Source: an uncultured delta proteobacterium
GTDB taxonomy: Bacteria > Desulfobacterota > WTBG01
Assembly: GCA_963793865.1 (NCBI GenBank)
Contig: CAWCBP010000001.1
Span: 640,001-704,000 of the forward strand
Direction: 5' to 3'
Length of the DNA: 64,000 nt
Shown: in pieces, positions 39,991 through 52,214 of the stretch
Layout of the letters: every line of letters begins with the position of its first letter
How positions within the stretch are numbered: the stretch's first letter is position 1
The notes under the pieces: generated by a model
What the model was told of the DNA's origin: nothing
The model's database searches: none
What the model saw: the letters and a program-made list of their open reading frames with translations, nothing else
Program-made: the position numbers and the translations under genes

Positions 39991-40839
39991 TTAGAATGAT
40001 GCAAAGCGGTAGTAGAAAGCAGACGCAACCGCCCACAGCAAAATGAGCACGGTTGCCGCAACGCACCCGTTGGCAAGAGTCCTGTGTAAAGGAGTTTCCC
40101 TTTTTCTCTCTTCATACCCGAGGAAAAAAGCCAGGGCAATCCCGCCGGCCAGGCCGCCGCCGTGGGCCCAATTGTTGATACCGGGAACAATAAAGCCGAA
40201 CACAAACAGTCCGATGACCCAGCCTCCCATGCTTTTTAAAATCATCTGGCCGTACGTGCCGCCCCGGCTTTTGGCGTAATAGAGGATGGCTCCGATCAGC
40301 GCGAAGAGATTTGCCGATGCCCCGATGGTAAAGTGAACCCCCGCCAGGTATGAAACATAGAACCCGACAATCCCGCCCAGGGTGTAGATAATCAGCATGC
40401 GGTTCAAACCGTATTCCTGCAGCACGAACGGCGCCATCTGGTTCAGGACCATCATGTTGAAAAAAATATGCAGGATACTGCCGTGCAGGTAGCCCGCTGA
40501 CAGGAGGGACCACCAGTGTTTATATTGATCAATGGGAATGGTACCCGTTGCGCCTAGGCGGAAAAGCGCATTGCTGGAAGGTGACAAAAAAGAAAAGGGG
40601 TTCATGGCAAGGCCTATGCTTCCGAGGCTTAAAAGGGCAGAGAGCGCGAAAAGAAATATGTTAACAGTGATGAGCGACCTGGTTATGTGATCAGGTGTAA
40701 GAAAGTTGGTGAAGGCTTGAGTTTTTCGCCACCAGGAAGCGGGGTGCGAAATGCCGCAGTACGGGCAAACCGGTTCACTGATGCTGATAAGCCTCCTGCA
40801 CCGGGGACAGAGTATGGATTTTCTTTCAGATGAGGCCAT
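39991..40839 (-). CDS. Rhomboid intramembrane serine protease with N-terminal zinc ribbon
   Basis: CPRC..CPYC, HIFFNM, IGAS, AHGGG. Confidence 0.92.
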   Translation of the reverse strand: MASSERKSILCPRCRRLISISEPVCPYCGISHPASWWRKTQAFTNFLTPDHITRSLITVNIFLFALSALLSLGSIGLAMNPFSFLSPSSNALFRLGATGTIPIDQYKHWWSLLSAGYLHGSILHIFFNMMVLNQMAPFVLQEYGLNRMLIIYTLGGIVGFYVSYLAGVHFTIGASANLFALIGAILYYAKSRGGTYGQMILKSMGGWVIGLFVFGFIVPGINNWAHGGGLAGGIALAFFLGYEERKRETPLHRTLANGCVAATVLILLWAVASAFYYRFASF

Positions 40840-40866
40840 GGATGGAGTACAGGGTTTTATAAAAGA

Positions 40867-40911
40867 GAGATTGCTTCGTCGTCCCCTTCAAACGGGACTC
40901 CTCGCAACGAC
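40867..40911. repeat. REP-like element, family B (GAGATTGCTTCG...CTCGCAACGAC)
   Basis: Related copies at 56695-56786 and 63291-63314. Confidence 0.55.
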
Positions 40912-40934
40912 ACCTTTATTTCTGGGACACAAGT

Positions 40935-42134
40935 TTAATAGCGGAACATGCCGTCTTCGTATATGACAATTTTTTTCCCGGATGTGAGATGCGCGGTCAC
41001 GGTTTTTTTCTCGGTATTGACCAGATCCCAGTGGAGCGCGGAGTCATTAAACCCCAGCCGCTGCTTCTTCGCCCGTGTCAATGAAGCCGGATCGCCGTCA
41101 TAGGTGTCTGAATATGAGGAGCCCACCGCCAGGTGGCAGTTTCCGTAGCGACCGCCGTAATTCTCATCAAACAGGGTATTGGCCATAAATCGATCAATCC
41201 TGGAAAAGCGCTTGTCGGTGAGAGAGAATTCGCCCACCCTGCCGGCGCCGCTGTCCATGGCGAGCTGCTTTCGGGCAAATGCTTCACCTTCTTTTGCCCG
41301 AAGGGTTACTACGGAGCCCTTTTTAAATTCCAGCTGCACGCCCGAAATATAATTGCCGCTGCGAAATGAAGGCAGGTTCGCATAATAGCAGCCTTCCGTC
41401 CCCCGCCAATCCGGAGAAAAAAAGAGCTCGAAGCTGGGGATGTTGTGTCCGGAGATGCCGATCCACTTGCGCCGATCACCCGGCGTTATGACAAGATCGA
41501 TTGATGCGGATTGAATCACATAGCGCTTTACTTTGAGGCTGTTCAGCCACCGTTTAAGAGAGCGGGCGTCGTTGTAAATGGCCTCCCATTCGCGGGCAGG
41601 GTCAGCCTTGTTGAGATAACAGGCGCGTATAATCTGCCGGGTGTAGTCTGCCATCGAAAGGCGTGCCTGCCGGGCAAGTTCCGCCGTTGGAAGCGTGCAG
41701 AGAGTCCAGCCAAAATCACCCCGTTCATCACGCTTATTCAGGATATCGCGCAGGGGCTTATAGGCGAGGGCGGCTTTTGCGATCTTTCGGGGATCGGTGT
41801 TGCGCAGGTGGGTAAGCGATGCCGGCGCGCTCAGGAATATGGATCCGTTCAGCCTGCTTAAAAGCTCCCTGCTTCCGGGAGGCTGGAAGACAAGCTGCTT
41901 GTCGTTTGCAATGCCGTAGAAATTCACGTCCATGGCAGGAGTGCCGCTAAGGCGCAGCATGGGGTTCATTCCCATGCTGAGAATTTTTGCTTGCAGTATT
42001 TCGGCAAGCCTGAGTGCGCCCAGGTCAAAGCGCACCAGTACAATGTCACCTTTCCTGTACGGCTGCGTCCGCGCCTTTCTAAGTCCCCAGAGCAGAACAT
42101 CCGCATAGCGATCCAACTGTTTTTCATTCAGCAT
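40935..42134 (-). CDS. Aminopeptidase, M29 (AmpS/PepS-like)
   Basis: NIPSFE, GEFSL, LFDEN, HLAVG, NDSALHWD. Confidence 0.9.
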   Translation of the reverse strand: MLNEKQLDRYADVLLWGLRKARTQPYRKGDIVLVRFDLGALRLAEILQAKILSMGMNPMLRLSGTPAMDVNFYGIANDKQLVFQPPGSRELLSRLNGSIFLSAPASLTHLRNTDPRKIAKAALAYKPLRDILNKRDERGDFGWTLCTLPTAELARQARLSMADYTRQIIRACYLNKADPAREWEAIYNDARSLKRWLNSLKVKRYVIQSASIDLVITPGDRRKWIGISGHNIPSFELFFSPDWRGTEGCYYANLPSFRSGNYISGVQLEFKKGSVVTLRAKEGEAFARKQLAMDSGAGRVGEFSLTDKRFSRIDRFMANTLFDENYGGRYGNCHLAVGSSYSDTYDGDPASLTRAKKQRLGFNDSALHWDLVNTEKKTVTAHLTSGKKIVIYEDGMFRY

Positions 42135-42471
42135 GAAAGCATATCCTCCCTACGATTTGAGAAGCGGTGCGAGGAGCAAGAATACTGATTGGGAAATTAA
42201 GCTGTCATACTAGGTTATTTTACCTGAGGAGTCAAATTAGAAAAGCCTGTCCCTTTAAGCAGAATCTCTTGTCGGAGACATGTTTGCAAAATATCTCCCG
42301 AAGCAGCAGGGTAAAGAAATATATGTATGGAGCACATTTTCTCTTGACATACGATTGTTCACGTCTAAAATGCACAGTATATTGATGCTTGATAGAAAAT
42401 AAATCTATATATTGGTATAGCGTTCGTGTTGCTTCATGCATTGGTTTTCATGCGCGCAGGGGGACAATAAT

Positions 42472-42660
42472 ATGCAGACTACCCCGGACGTCAGGGAATC
42501 TGACGAGATTAACCAGCATCTGGCCTTTATAGAGCACGTGGTGTCACTGTGGATCAAGCTGACACCGGATGACAATATAATGGGAAAGGTGTTTTTGGAC
42601 GTCAGGGACAAGCTGGAGAGAATAAAATATCTCAATAACAACCTCTGTGACAAAGGATAA
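42472..42660 (+). CDS. Small hypothetical protein
   Basis: AGGGGG RBS, 62 aa, immediately upstream of the PilZ gene; TTGACA-16-TAAAAT at 42344-42371. Confidence 0.45.
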   Translation: MQTTPDVRESDEINQHLAFIEHVVSLWIKLTPDDNIMGKVFLDVRDKLERIKYLNNNLCDKG

Positions 42661-42662
42661 AC

Positions 42663-43031
42663 ATGGCAGTCCTGCAGGGCAATCAAGTGGAATGTGATGA
42701 CGATGTGCGGGCGGTGCCCGGAGATAAAAGAAGGCACGTCAGGTTTGCCACGCGGCTCAAGGCCCTTTACTATCTGACTGACAAGCTGGAAGGCCTGGAA
42801 AAATGCGAGATAGTGAATGTCGGTTACGGGGGGGTGTGCTTGCAATTTGATAAGGCAGCGGCTTTTAAAGAATCGTGTGTAATAAACTTGGGGGTTGTCG
42901 TCAAGTGGCAATTGGTTCCCATAAGCCTGAAGGGCAGAGTAACCTGGTTGAGTGAAAAATTGAAGCGACCCATTGGCGGCGTTGAGCTTGATACGCCGCT
43001 TGATAACATGACCTTGCTCAAATTGTTGTAA
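42663..43031 (+). CDS. PilZ domain protein
   Basis: DKRRHVRF (RxxxR), NVGYGG, GRVTW. Confidence 0.8.
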   Translation: MAVLQGNQVECDDDVRAVPGDKRRHVRFATRLKALYYLTDKLEGLEKCEIVNVGYGGVCLQFDKAAAFKESCVINLGVVVKWQLVPISLKGRVTWLSEKLKRPIGGVELDTPLDNMTLLKLL

Positions 43032-43032
43032 C

Positions 43033-43057
43033 AGCCGGCGAATGAGCCGGCTTTTTT
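43033..43057 (+). terminator. Intrinsic terminator
   Basis: AGCCGGC-GAATGA-GCCGGCT followed by a T-run. Confidence 0.7.
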
Positions 43058-43077
43058 ATTCAGCTGCGGACGTTCAG

Positions 43078-43402
43078 ATGACCATCAGGCGGGAGATTAT
43101 GCGGCTGTTATATCAGGGTGAGTGGACTGCCGGGGAAATTTCCCGGGCAGTGCGCATTTCGCAGAAGGAGGTTTATCCCCATTTAGAGCATATCATGCAA
43201 TCCCTCAGAGGCGACTTCAGCATAGTGCCTGCTGCAGTGCCTGTCATGCGGGTTCATCTTCAGCAAAAGAAAAGCGGTTCGATCTCCCAGCCGCTGCCCG
43301 CTGTGCAAGAGCGAACATATTAAGGACCCGGCCTATTATTGCCGTTCGCAACGTTCTGGCAACACCAGGAAAATGAACCGGGAACGCGAAGAGCCTTATT
43401 AA
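43078..43402 (+). CDS. HTH plus zinc-ribbon transcriptional regulator (COG3357-like; one apparent frameshift near 43235)
   Basis: MTIRREIM...HLEHI, then in a shifted frame CLSCGFIF...PSRCPLCKSEHI. Confidence 0.75.
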
Positions 43403-43459
43403 CAGTGCTCTGTATGAGTATCACCTCATGGGGTGCTTGAATTCATCCCCATTCCCCTG

Positions 43460-43909
43460 TCAGGCTGCCAGTAGTGTATTCAGCATCCAGAAGATGATCC
43501 CGCCCCGAATGCTCCAGATGACCGTTCGAATCCAATTGCTGTAAACCAGCCTGTTTTGAATCCTGGTTTCGTATCCGCGGGAAAGCTTAAAGTGGCTGGG
43601 AACCTGCAGGGTGGCGGTGGAGAGCCAGGTAATGCCGATCAGCACCAGATTTGTCCAGGTTTGGACGGGCAGGATGCCCGCCGGAGGCCGCCATACCAGC
43701 AGACCCGCCGTCACCAGTTCGATTCCCTGAAGAGGGATAACCACCAGTACCGTGAGGAAAAGGTTGGCGGTCTGATAGTCAGTGAAGCTTTCCTTTCCCA
43801 CCCTGCTGAAGAGAGGGTAATGAACAATCTGGGCAAACCAGATTATGCCGAACATGGCCCAGGTAGAGGCCACGTAGATAAAAAAAACATATTTCATCAG
43901 CTCGTCCAT
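43460..43909 (-). CDS. Conserved four-TM membrane protein
   Basis: GIIWFAQIVHYPLF, QVPSH, NWIRT. Confidence 0.7.
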   Translation of the reverse strand: MDELMKYVFFIYVASTWAMFGIIWFAQIVHYPLFSRVGKESFTDYQTANLFLTVLVVIPLQGIELVTAGLLVWRPPAGILPVQTWTNLVLIGITWLSTATLQVPSHFKLSRGYETRIQNRLVYSNWIRTVIWSIRGGIIFWMLNTLLAA

Positions 43910-44118
43910 GGCATTTCCCCCTTTACGCCGTTGATTGCGACATGATTCCCCATGCTCAAAGGGGCCGTGCCGCGCAGGAATAGAGATTGATAATTTATGA
44001 GAAGTATAGTAGATGACCAGTGCCGAGTCAATAATCAAATCCTGTCGGGTAATCCTCTCTTTAATGCATCGGTTTTGATCAATCTTATTGCTCGCAGTTG
44101 GGCAGGGAAATATAAGTC

Positions 44119-45017
44119 ATGAAACTTGGCTATCCGTGTATCAATCTCAGCCTGCCCTGCAGAAGTTCAAGAACATTCCGTCTGGCGTCGTGGTCAGAGG
44201 AGCGGTTTATTGAAACCGTCAAAAACAACCTTGCCTGCCTTTTGCGAATTCTGGAATTCAATGCCGGGCATGGCCTGCTCTTGTTCAGAATCACCTCTGA
44301 CCTCATTCCCTTTGCGTCCCATTCCATTTGTGCCGTTCCCTGGCAGCGGTATTTTAAAAAGGAATTTTCAGCCATCGGCAGCTTTGTTAAACAGAAGGGG
44401 ATGCGGCTGTCAATGCACCCGGATCAGTTCACGCTTATCAACTCCCTTGATGAGGAAATTTTCAAAAGAAGCGTGCGGGAGCTTATGTATCATGCTGACG
44501 TGCTGGATTTGCTGAGTGCAAGCAGGTCGCACAAGATTCAAATTCATGTCGGGGGAGTATATGGTGATAAAGAAAAAAGCATGGCGCGATTCATCAGCAG
44601 GTATAGAAGCCTTCCTGTGAAAGTCAGAAGACGGCTGGTTATTGAAAACGATGACAGACTGTACAGCATTGCCGACTGCCTCAAGATTCACGGCCGGGTG
44701 GGTGTTCCGGTTGTTCTTGACACCTTGCATCACCGGATAATCAATGAAGGCGAGTCAATAAGAGCCGCGTTTATGAAAATCTGTCCGACCTGGAAGAAGG
44801 CGGATGGGTTACCCATGGTCGATTACAGCAGCCAGGACAAAAAAAACGCCCGGGATCTCATGCTGAAACAATTGATCCCGGGGAGTTTAGAAGTTTTCTT
44901 AAAGCCATGCACGGCCTTGATTTAGACATGATGTTTGAAATCAAGGACAAGGAAAAGAGCGCCTTAAAGGCTGCGGCCATTCTCAAAAACTACTGCCCGC
45001 AAAAATCTCCACGGTAA
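44119..45017 (+). CDS. uvsE: UV DNA damage endonuclease (frameshift in A8 run at 44839-44846)
   Basis: MKLGYPCIN, HPDQF, IHVGG, LVIENDD; C-terminal MFEIKDKE in a shifted frame. Confidence 0.9.
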
Positions 45018-45066
45018 AAGCAAACACTGCCCGCTATATGCCTTTAGCGCAGGTGCTGAGCTCCAC

Positions 45067-45525
45067 TTATTTCTTCTTCGGCCGTTCATACTTGAACATA
45101 CACACGCAATTTCCATCAGCCTGGGCGCAGAGTATGGACCCCTTCATGTTCATATCTGCAAAGCCTTTGTTGGTCGCGGCCACATCCATTTCACAGATGA
45201 CATGGCAGGGTTTTTCAAAACCGAAATCCTTGTGCATATTAAACTTCAGTGCCGGGCATACCCGCTGAATTTCCAGCACGGCATCCATGTCATTATTGGA
45301 GATGTCAATAACCTGCATATCCATCCCGATCTGTTTGTAGGGAGCGACGGCCTCGGAAAAGGCCTCGGCCAGCGTGTTGGTCCGCTCGATAAAAGCGCCC
45401 ATATTTTTTCTCTGGCGCTCGGGATAGCCCTCAAATAACGTATCCCAGGCCTTTTTATCACCCGACTCGTCAAGAACTTTTCTGTACGTCTCAAATTTCT
45501 TTCTGAACATGTCCAAGGGGTTCAT
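45067..45525 (-). CDS. Cys-rich hypothetical protein (ATC-hydrolase/V4R-like fold)
   Basis: AAGGAGG RBS; CP...PCHVICEMD...GNCVCMF. Confidence 0.55.
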   Translation of the reverse strand: MNPLDMFRKKFETYRKVLDESGDKKAWDTLFEGYPERQRKNMGAFIERTNTLAEAFSEAVAPYKQIGMDMQVIDISNNDMDAVLEIQRVCPALKFNMHKDFGFEKPCHVICEMDVAATNKGFADMNMKGSILCAQADGNCVCMFKYERPKKK

Positions 45526-45623
45526 CGTTTTCCTCCTTATGCCATATAATCCAAGGTTAAACAAACCGTGCTTTTACTCTTACAGGTCTATAATTCACTG
45601 GTGAACTTATTGCAACACATTTT

Positions 45624-46358
45624 TTAATTTTGTGTATCTGTATTCCCTCCCTTTTTAATTTCAAGCAGATCTATTTCAAATATAAGCACCTTGTTGGGCG
45701 GAATACGCGTACCGAGACCTCCCCTTCCGTAAGCAAGGTGCGGGGGTACGAAAATCTGCCACTTCGAGCCTTTTGTCATCATCTGCAGTGCCTCGGTCCA
45801 GCCCTTGATGACACCATCGGTCTGAACAGTCATCGGCTCGCCTTTTGTATAAGAGCTGTCGAATTCCGTGCCATCCGTAAACGTACCCCGGTAGTTGACC
45901 GTGACCATGTCTTCCGGCTTGGGAGTGATTCCCTTTCCCTCCTTCAGAACCTTGTACTGGAGGCCGCTCTCAATTGTCTTGACGCCATCTTTTTTTCGAT
46001 TTTCCTCGAGAAACTTCTCCGACTCCTCGGCGTTCTTGACCATCAGTTCCTGAATTTTCCTCATCTCAACTTCACGGGCACTCTTCTTTCGATCCACGAT
46101 CAGTTTTTTCATCTCTTCTTCGCTTATGCGGGGTTCTTTCCCATCGATTGAATCGCGCAATCCCAGAATGAGCTTATCGAAATCAACTTCAACACCGTCG
46201 CTCTTCATGCTGAGGCCTACCTGGTAACCAATGCTGTAGCTTTCCTTCTCATTTTGCGTGCCCAATGCAGGCGCGGAATTTTCAGCAAAAAGTTCAGAAG
46301 CTGCCAAAAGCAAAGAACATGAAAATATAAACAATCTGCTACCTATCAGTCCTGACAT
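45624..46358 (-). CDS. FKBP-type peptidyl-prolyl isomerase (FkpA/Mip-like)
   Basis: SYSIG dimerisation domain, SGLQY, FDSS, VIKGWTEAL, LAYG. Confidence 0.93.
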   Translation of the reverse strand: MSGLIGSRLFIFSCSLLLAASELFAENSAPALGTQNEKESYSIGYQVGLSMKSDGVEVDFDKLILGLRDSIDGKEPRISEEEMKKLIVDRKKSAREVEMRKIQELMVKNAEESEKFLEENRKKDGVKTIESGLQYKVLKEGKGITPKPEDMVTVNYRGTFTDGTEFDSSYTKGEPMTVQTDGVIKGWTEALQMMTKGSKWQIFVPPHLAYGRGGLGTRIPPNKVLIFEIDLLEIKKGGNTDTQN

Positions 46359-46427
46359 TTTTAATGCCTCCTTTTCCCTGCCATATGCTAATTTTACCAC
46401 GCAGATGTCGCGTCTACAAGAGGTCAA

Positions 46428-46778
46428 CTACTTGCTTCCGCTATCCTGATTTTGAGGATATGCCTTGCCTTCAATCTTCTCGATTTCCACATTGTCCCCT
46501 GAAACAATCCTGACATCTATGGAGACAATTTTTTCACTTTCGGCATACGGATCCAGAACAGCCGAAACCGGATTGAGGATGGTGAATATCGTCGAAGATG
46601 GTGTCTTGCCTCTTATAACGTAGCCATAATCCAATTTCCCAATTTCCCCTGTGATGTTCAATTGCCTCACGATACGCTTCTGGCCGGGCTGCTCCTTCGG
46701 CTCCTGAACCGCAGGAGAACCACAAGCCAATACAACTGCACTCATAACCAGTATAAGCAGCTGTCTCTTTCTCATCAT
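46428..46778 (-). CDS. Hypothetical lipoprotein
   Basis: Basic N-terminus, hydrophobic core, VLAC lipobox. Confidence 0.65.
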   Translation of the reverse strand: MMRKRQLLILVMSAVVLACGSPAVQEPKEQPGQKRIVRQLNITGEIGKLDYGYVIRGKTPSSTIFTILNPVSAVLDPYAESEKIVSIDVRIVSGDNVEIEKIEGKAYPQNQDSGSK

Positions 46779-46835
46779 ACTAACCTCCTTTTTTGCTTCA
46801 ATGAGTTTACGTGTGGAATGTGCCGGTCCGTTTCT

Positions 46836-49800
46836 TCATGTGACAGATTTTGCAGCAGATCTTTTGACCTCGAAATGCCATTTCCATATCTCATAAATTG
46901 CAGGATACACCAGCAATTCCAAGGCAAAAGAAGTGAAGATTCCGCCGATCATGGGTGCGGCAATCCGTTTCATGACGTCAGCCCCGGTACCTGTGGACCA
47001 CATGATGGGAAAGAATCCGATAAATGTGGTAGCAACGGTCATCAGCTTGGGCCGGAGGCGCATGACTGCGCCCTCAAGGATTGCGCTCCGTAAATCCGGG
47101 AGATTGCGAAGGCGCCCCTCACTTTTTGCCTTTTCATAGGCAAGGTCAAGATAGAGAAGCATAAAGACACCGGTTTCCGCGTCGACTCCGAGCAGTGCCA
47201 GGAGTCCGACCCAGACGGCAACGCTCATATTGTAACCAAGCAGGTAGAGCAGCCAGACAGCGCCAACCGCCGAGAAGGGCACGGCCAGAAATACAATCAT
47301 TGTCTTGGTTATGGACCGGGTATTCATGTAAAGAAGCAGGATGATAAGGAATAGGGTCAAAGGAACAATTACAAGCAAACGATCTTTCACCCGCTGCATG
47401 GCCTCATACTGACCTGTCCAGGTTAAAGCATAGCCGACCGGCAGCTTAAGGGCATCCTTCATTATTTACTTTTGCCTCCGCGACATAGCTTCCCGGATCC
47501 CGTTCCGCAAGGTCAATATAGACATATCCGGTGAGAAGTCCGTCTTCATTCCGGATCATGGAGGGCTCACTCACAAACTCGATGTCGGCAAGCTGGTTCA
47601 GGGCAATTTGCCGCCGGCCATCCAGGGCAGGCACAAGTAGTCGCCCCAGCGCTCCGAGGTCGGATCTGAAGTCGGCCTTATAACGAACGTTAACAGGATA
47701 TCGCTCCCTGCCCTTCCACCGTGGTGGTGATGTTTTCACCCCCGATCGCGTTCAGCACCACTGCCTGCGCACCTTCGATGCTCAGCCCGTGCCGGGCAAG
47801 CTCACCTCTTTTCCACTTGATGTCAATGAAGTAACCGCTGCTGGTGCGCTCGGCGAAAACGCTTCGCGTTCCCTTAATGGGGAGGAGGTGCTCCTCAACC
47901 CGGGCGCCGATTTGTTCGATAACCTTAAGATCATCACCGGATATCTTGATTCCCACAGGTGTCCTGATCCCGGTGGTGAGCATATCAATCCGGGCCTTGA
48001 TGGGCATGGTCCATGCGTTGGACAGTCCCGGTATTCTCAGGGCATCATTGAGCCGGCTCACCAGCTCCTCACGTGAAATGCGGTCCGGGGTGATGTGCCG
48101 CAATATATCCTTGAGCCATTCCGGCGCCCAGGAGGAATACCAGGTATCAATACTCCGCCACTGAGACTCCGGTTTGAGCATGATCACCGTCTCGAGCATG
48201 GACAATGGTGCGGGATCGGTGGAGGTTTCCGCCCGTCCCGCCTTGCCGAGCACCCGTTCAACCTCTGGGAACTCCTTGATAATCCTGTTGGTCACCTGGA
48301 GCAATCTTTGCGCTTCGGTTATGGATATTCCCGGCATGGTGGTGGGCATGAAGAAGAGCGCACCCTCATCGAGGGGGGGCATGAATTCTGATCCGAGCCG
48401 GTTAAATACAGGGACTGTGACCAGGACAATTACGAAGGCTGAGCCGATGACGAGCCACTTGTACTGCAGCGACCAGGTTGCAATGGGCCGATACATCCTT
48501 ATCAGAAGTCTGCTTATGGGGTGTTTGTCCTCGGACCTGATGGTGCCCACGAAGAGGCCGTTAATGGTCTTGCTCAGCCAATAGGGCCGGAAGCCGAAGT
48601 TTTTCACATGGGTCAGCAGAAGCCTGAGCGCGGGATCGAGGGTGATGGCGAGAAAAGCGGCGATGACCATGGCAAGTGTTTTTGTGTAAGCCAGGGGTTT
48701 GAAAAGGCGGCCTTCTTCGGCCTCAAGCGTCAGCACCGGCAAAAACGATACGGCGATGACCAGCAGGGAGAAGAAGCTCGGGCCCGCGACCTGTTTGATG
48801 CCATCGACAATCACCGCGCGATAGTCACCCTGCTCTCCATTTTTCTGCCACTCTTCAAGCCGCTTGTGGGTCTGCTCGACGACCACGATTGCCGCGTCCA
48901 CCATCTCTCCCATGGCGATGGCGATGCCGCCCAGAGACATGATGTTGGCGGTAACACCCATTGCCCTGAAAAGGATGAAGGAGATGAGAATGGATATGGG
49001 AAGCGTGATGATGGGAATCAGGGAACTGGGGGGATGCCAGAGGAAGAGGAAAATGATGAATGAAACGGTGATGAGAATCTCGATCAGGGTTGACTGCAGC
49101 GTGTCAATGGCCCTCCTGATGAGGTCGGACCGGTCATAAACGGGAACAACCTTGACACCCTCCGGAAGCCCCGGTTCGAGCTCCTTCAGCCGTGCCTTCA
49201 CCCGGTCAATTACCGTCAGGGCGTTCTGGCCCTGCCTCATGACCACAATTCCCGAAACCACATCGCCGGTCCCGTCCAGGTCAGCCACCCCTCTGCGGTA
49301 ATCAGGGCCGATGGTCACCTCGCCGATGTCCCTGATGCGGACAGGTGTCGCATCCTCGGTTGCGGTGAGAACAATATCCCCGAAATCATCAATGGTCCTG
49401 GCATACCCTCTGCCCCGTACCATGTATTCGGTACCGCCGAACTCGATCAGCCTGCCGCCCGCCTCCACATTACCCGATCTTACCGCATCAACAACCTGAT
49501 TGATGGAAATGTTATATGCCTGAAGGCGGTTCGGATCAACATTGACCTGGTATTGCTGAATGAAGCCGCCCACCGTAGCCACCTCGGCGACCCCCGGCAG
49601 CGCCTTGAGATAGTACCGGAGATACCAGTCCTGCAGGGACCTCAATTCGGCAAGATTGCGGGTGCCTGAATCATCCACCAGGGCGTACTGGAAGACCCAG
49701 CCCAATCCCGTTGCATCCGGTCCGAGTTCGGTCTGAACACCCTGGGGAAGCCGGGGTATCACGCTGGACAGATATTCCAGCGTGCGTGACCGCGCCCAAT

Positions 49801-50107
49801 AGATGTCGGTATCATCCTGAAAAATGACATAGACAAAGGAGTAGCCGAAGTCGGAAAATCCCCGCACCGCCTTAACACCGGGAGCTCCGAGCATGGCGGT
49901 GACAATGGGATAGGTGACCTGGTCCTCGATAATATCAGGACTGCGGTCCCAGCGGGAGTAAATGATTACCTGGGTTTCGCTGAGGTCGGGAATGGCGTCG
50001 AGGGGGACACGCTGCATCGACCACCATCCCCAGATGCAGGCGACGGTGACAAGAAGAAATACGATAGGCTTATTTTTGACAGAAAAGTCGATGACGCGAT
50101 CGATCAT
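46836..50107 (-). CDS. cusA: CusA-family heavy-metal RND efflux permease (two apparent frameshifts near 47705 and 47455)
   Basis: LDAIPDLSETQV, GSEFMPPLDEG, LRPKLMT across three consecutive ORFs. Confidence 0.92.
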
Positions 50108-50141
50108 TACTTTGCGCGTGGTGGTGGCAACCGGTCAGGGT

Positions 50142-51978
50142 TTAATCGCTTTCCATAGTGTCGCTTGGTGCAGCGTCATGTGCGACGGGTTCAGTCGGGG
50201 CATCTTCAAGGTCATCCCGGTCTTTCTCAGAGGAACCATCACTGCCGGGGGCTGGTGTGTTCCCCGGCTGCCCGGAAGGTGTGCTTTTATCATGCTGCTG
50301 TCCGAGATATTTTGCTCCCGGAAATTTCCCCCATGCGCCCCAGTTGCCCGCTTCTGAAGCTTCATTCTTTGTTTTGCCGCCACCCCAATCAATGACTCCG
50401 CGAGTGTCTGCTGATGTGGGGGATGGTTTGTCCGTCTCCTTCACCTGCTTCCGTCTTGCCATGCTTGATGTCCTGGCCTGTCTGAACAGGTTTCATAAGA
50501 TCAAGCCAGCCGTTTTCCATATCCGGCATATCGGCATGAGCTGATGTCTGTTTTCCCGTTATATATTTTCCCGGTTGTTCTTTGAAAAGCTTTACGCACA
50601 GGTCCGAGCAGAAATAGTACGTCATGCCTTCGTGTTGAGCGATCCTGCCCGAGAGTTCTGCCTGTGCCATGTCAGCGTTCATGCCGCAGACAGGATCCTT
50701 GGCCGTCTTGTCTTCGGTGCCTGACGCCGCGGTTTTCATCCGGCTCTCGGAATCAATGAGAAAGTTACCCGAGACCACCACCTTGTCCCCGGGCATAAGG
50801 CCGCCGGTAATCTGAATCTGCCTGCCAAGCTTCCAGCCCGTTTCGACCTCGCGGGGCTCGAAAATGCCATCGCCGGTTTCAACATAGACAATGGTCCTGG
50901 TGCCCGAATCAATGACGGCGTCAGCCGTCACATGGATTGATTCAGGCATGGTGACAGGGATCTCCACATCCACAAACATGTCAGGCCTTAAGTCATAGTT
51001 TGGGTTGCCTATATCAAGTCGCATCTTCAGCGTCTTGGTCGCGGGATCAAAGAGCGGCAGCACTTGGCTTACCTGCGCGTCGAAGGTCTTACCCATCTGT
51101 GTATTCAGTACCTTTACCATCATGCCGGGTTTCAGGTAGCGGGCCTCGTTCTCGTACACATCCGCATACACCCAGACTTTTCCGATGTCGGCAATGCTGA
51201 AGAACTCGTCTCCTGCTTTCAGCCACTGTTTGAGGGTGAGCTTCCTGCTCAGGACAACGCCACTGGCAGGGGATCTTACTTGAAGGTAAGGCTGGGCCTT
51301 CCTGGTATTGGCCAGTTCCTCAATCTGGGCGTCGCTGATCCCGAGGTTCTGGAGGGCCTGCACGGCAGCGCGGATCTGATTGTCCGCCATGTCGGTCTGC
51401 TGATGGCGAAGCTCTCCGCCGAGCTGCTGCTTTATGCGGTCTATATTGTCAAGGGCAACCAAATAGGTTACCTGGGCATTGTAGTACGCAGGGGCAAGCG
51501 CCACGGCCAGAATCCTATTTTTTTTAACGATGCTTCCGGTCGTAACGTCAGAAAGCTCCCGTATCCAGCTGTCTGTTGAGGCATTGACGCGATAGATCCT
51601 GGTTTCATCGAGGGCAACCTTGCCGTAGAGGCGGAGGGTATAGGTCATGGGTCTGATCTCAACAGGGGCGACCTTCACCCCGATAAGCTGCTGCCGGGCC
51701 GGCTTGATCTGCACTGAACCGGGGGAAAACACGGGAAGGGCAGCGTTATCCTGCCCCTCGCCGACTTCAGCATAAACCGGCTCCAGGGGCATCCCGCATG
51801 GCGCCACTCCCGGTGCCTCGGATCGAAAGCCGGGATTCATAGGGTCTACATAATAGAGGATTGTGCGCTCAGATTGAGTGCTTGCGGAGGGTGGCTGTGC
51901 TTTTCCGTACCATCTTCCGGCTGCGAAGAAAAGAACAGCAATGGTCAGCATAATAATCGGTACGATGACTTTTTTCAC
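50142..51978 (-). CDS. cusB: CusB-family RND adaptor with YHS domain and C-terminal extension (apparent frameshift near 50455)
   Basis: YYVDPMNP...CGMPL, FLIDSES, KDPVCGM...YYFCS; ORF 50142..50462 is the likely continuation. Confidence 0.85.
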
Positions 51979-52159
51979 ATCAGGCTCACATCTTTATGCT
52001 GTTGTCAAAGATTCATCTGAAATGAGACACATTCAAAAACTTCCAGGTACCTGAAGTGGACCAACTAAACATAACATATATTTGCATTGCCTTAAATTGT
52101 TTTTTTCATCTTCACCACAACTCTCCATCAGGTTCCTTTCGCATGAAGCGTTTTAATAC

Positions 52160-52190
52160 ACAAAGAGGGGACCCGAGGTCCCCTCTTTGT
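52160..52190 (-). terminator. Terminator-like hairpin after the multicopper oxidase
   Basis: ACAAAGAGGGGACC-CGA-GGTCCCCTCTTTGT. Confidence 0.7.
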
Positions 52191-52214
52191 TAACAGGAAT
52201 GAACCGATAACCTT

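Noticed and set aside
44839..44846. Phase variation or programmed frameshift in uvsE
   Set aside because: An A8 homopolymer is a typical long-read error site, and indels are common across the window
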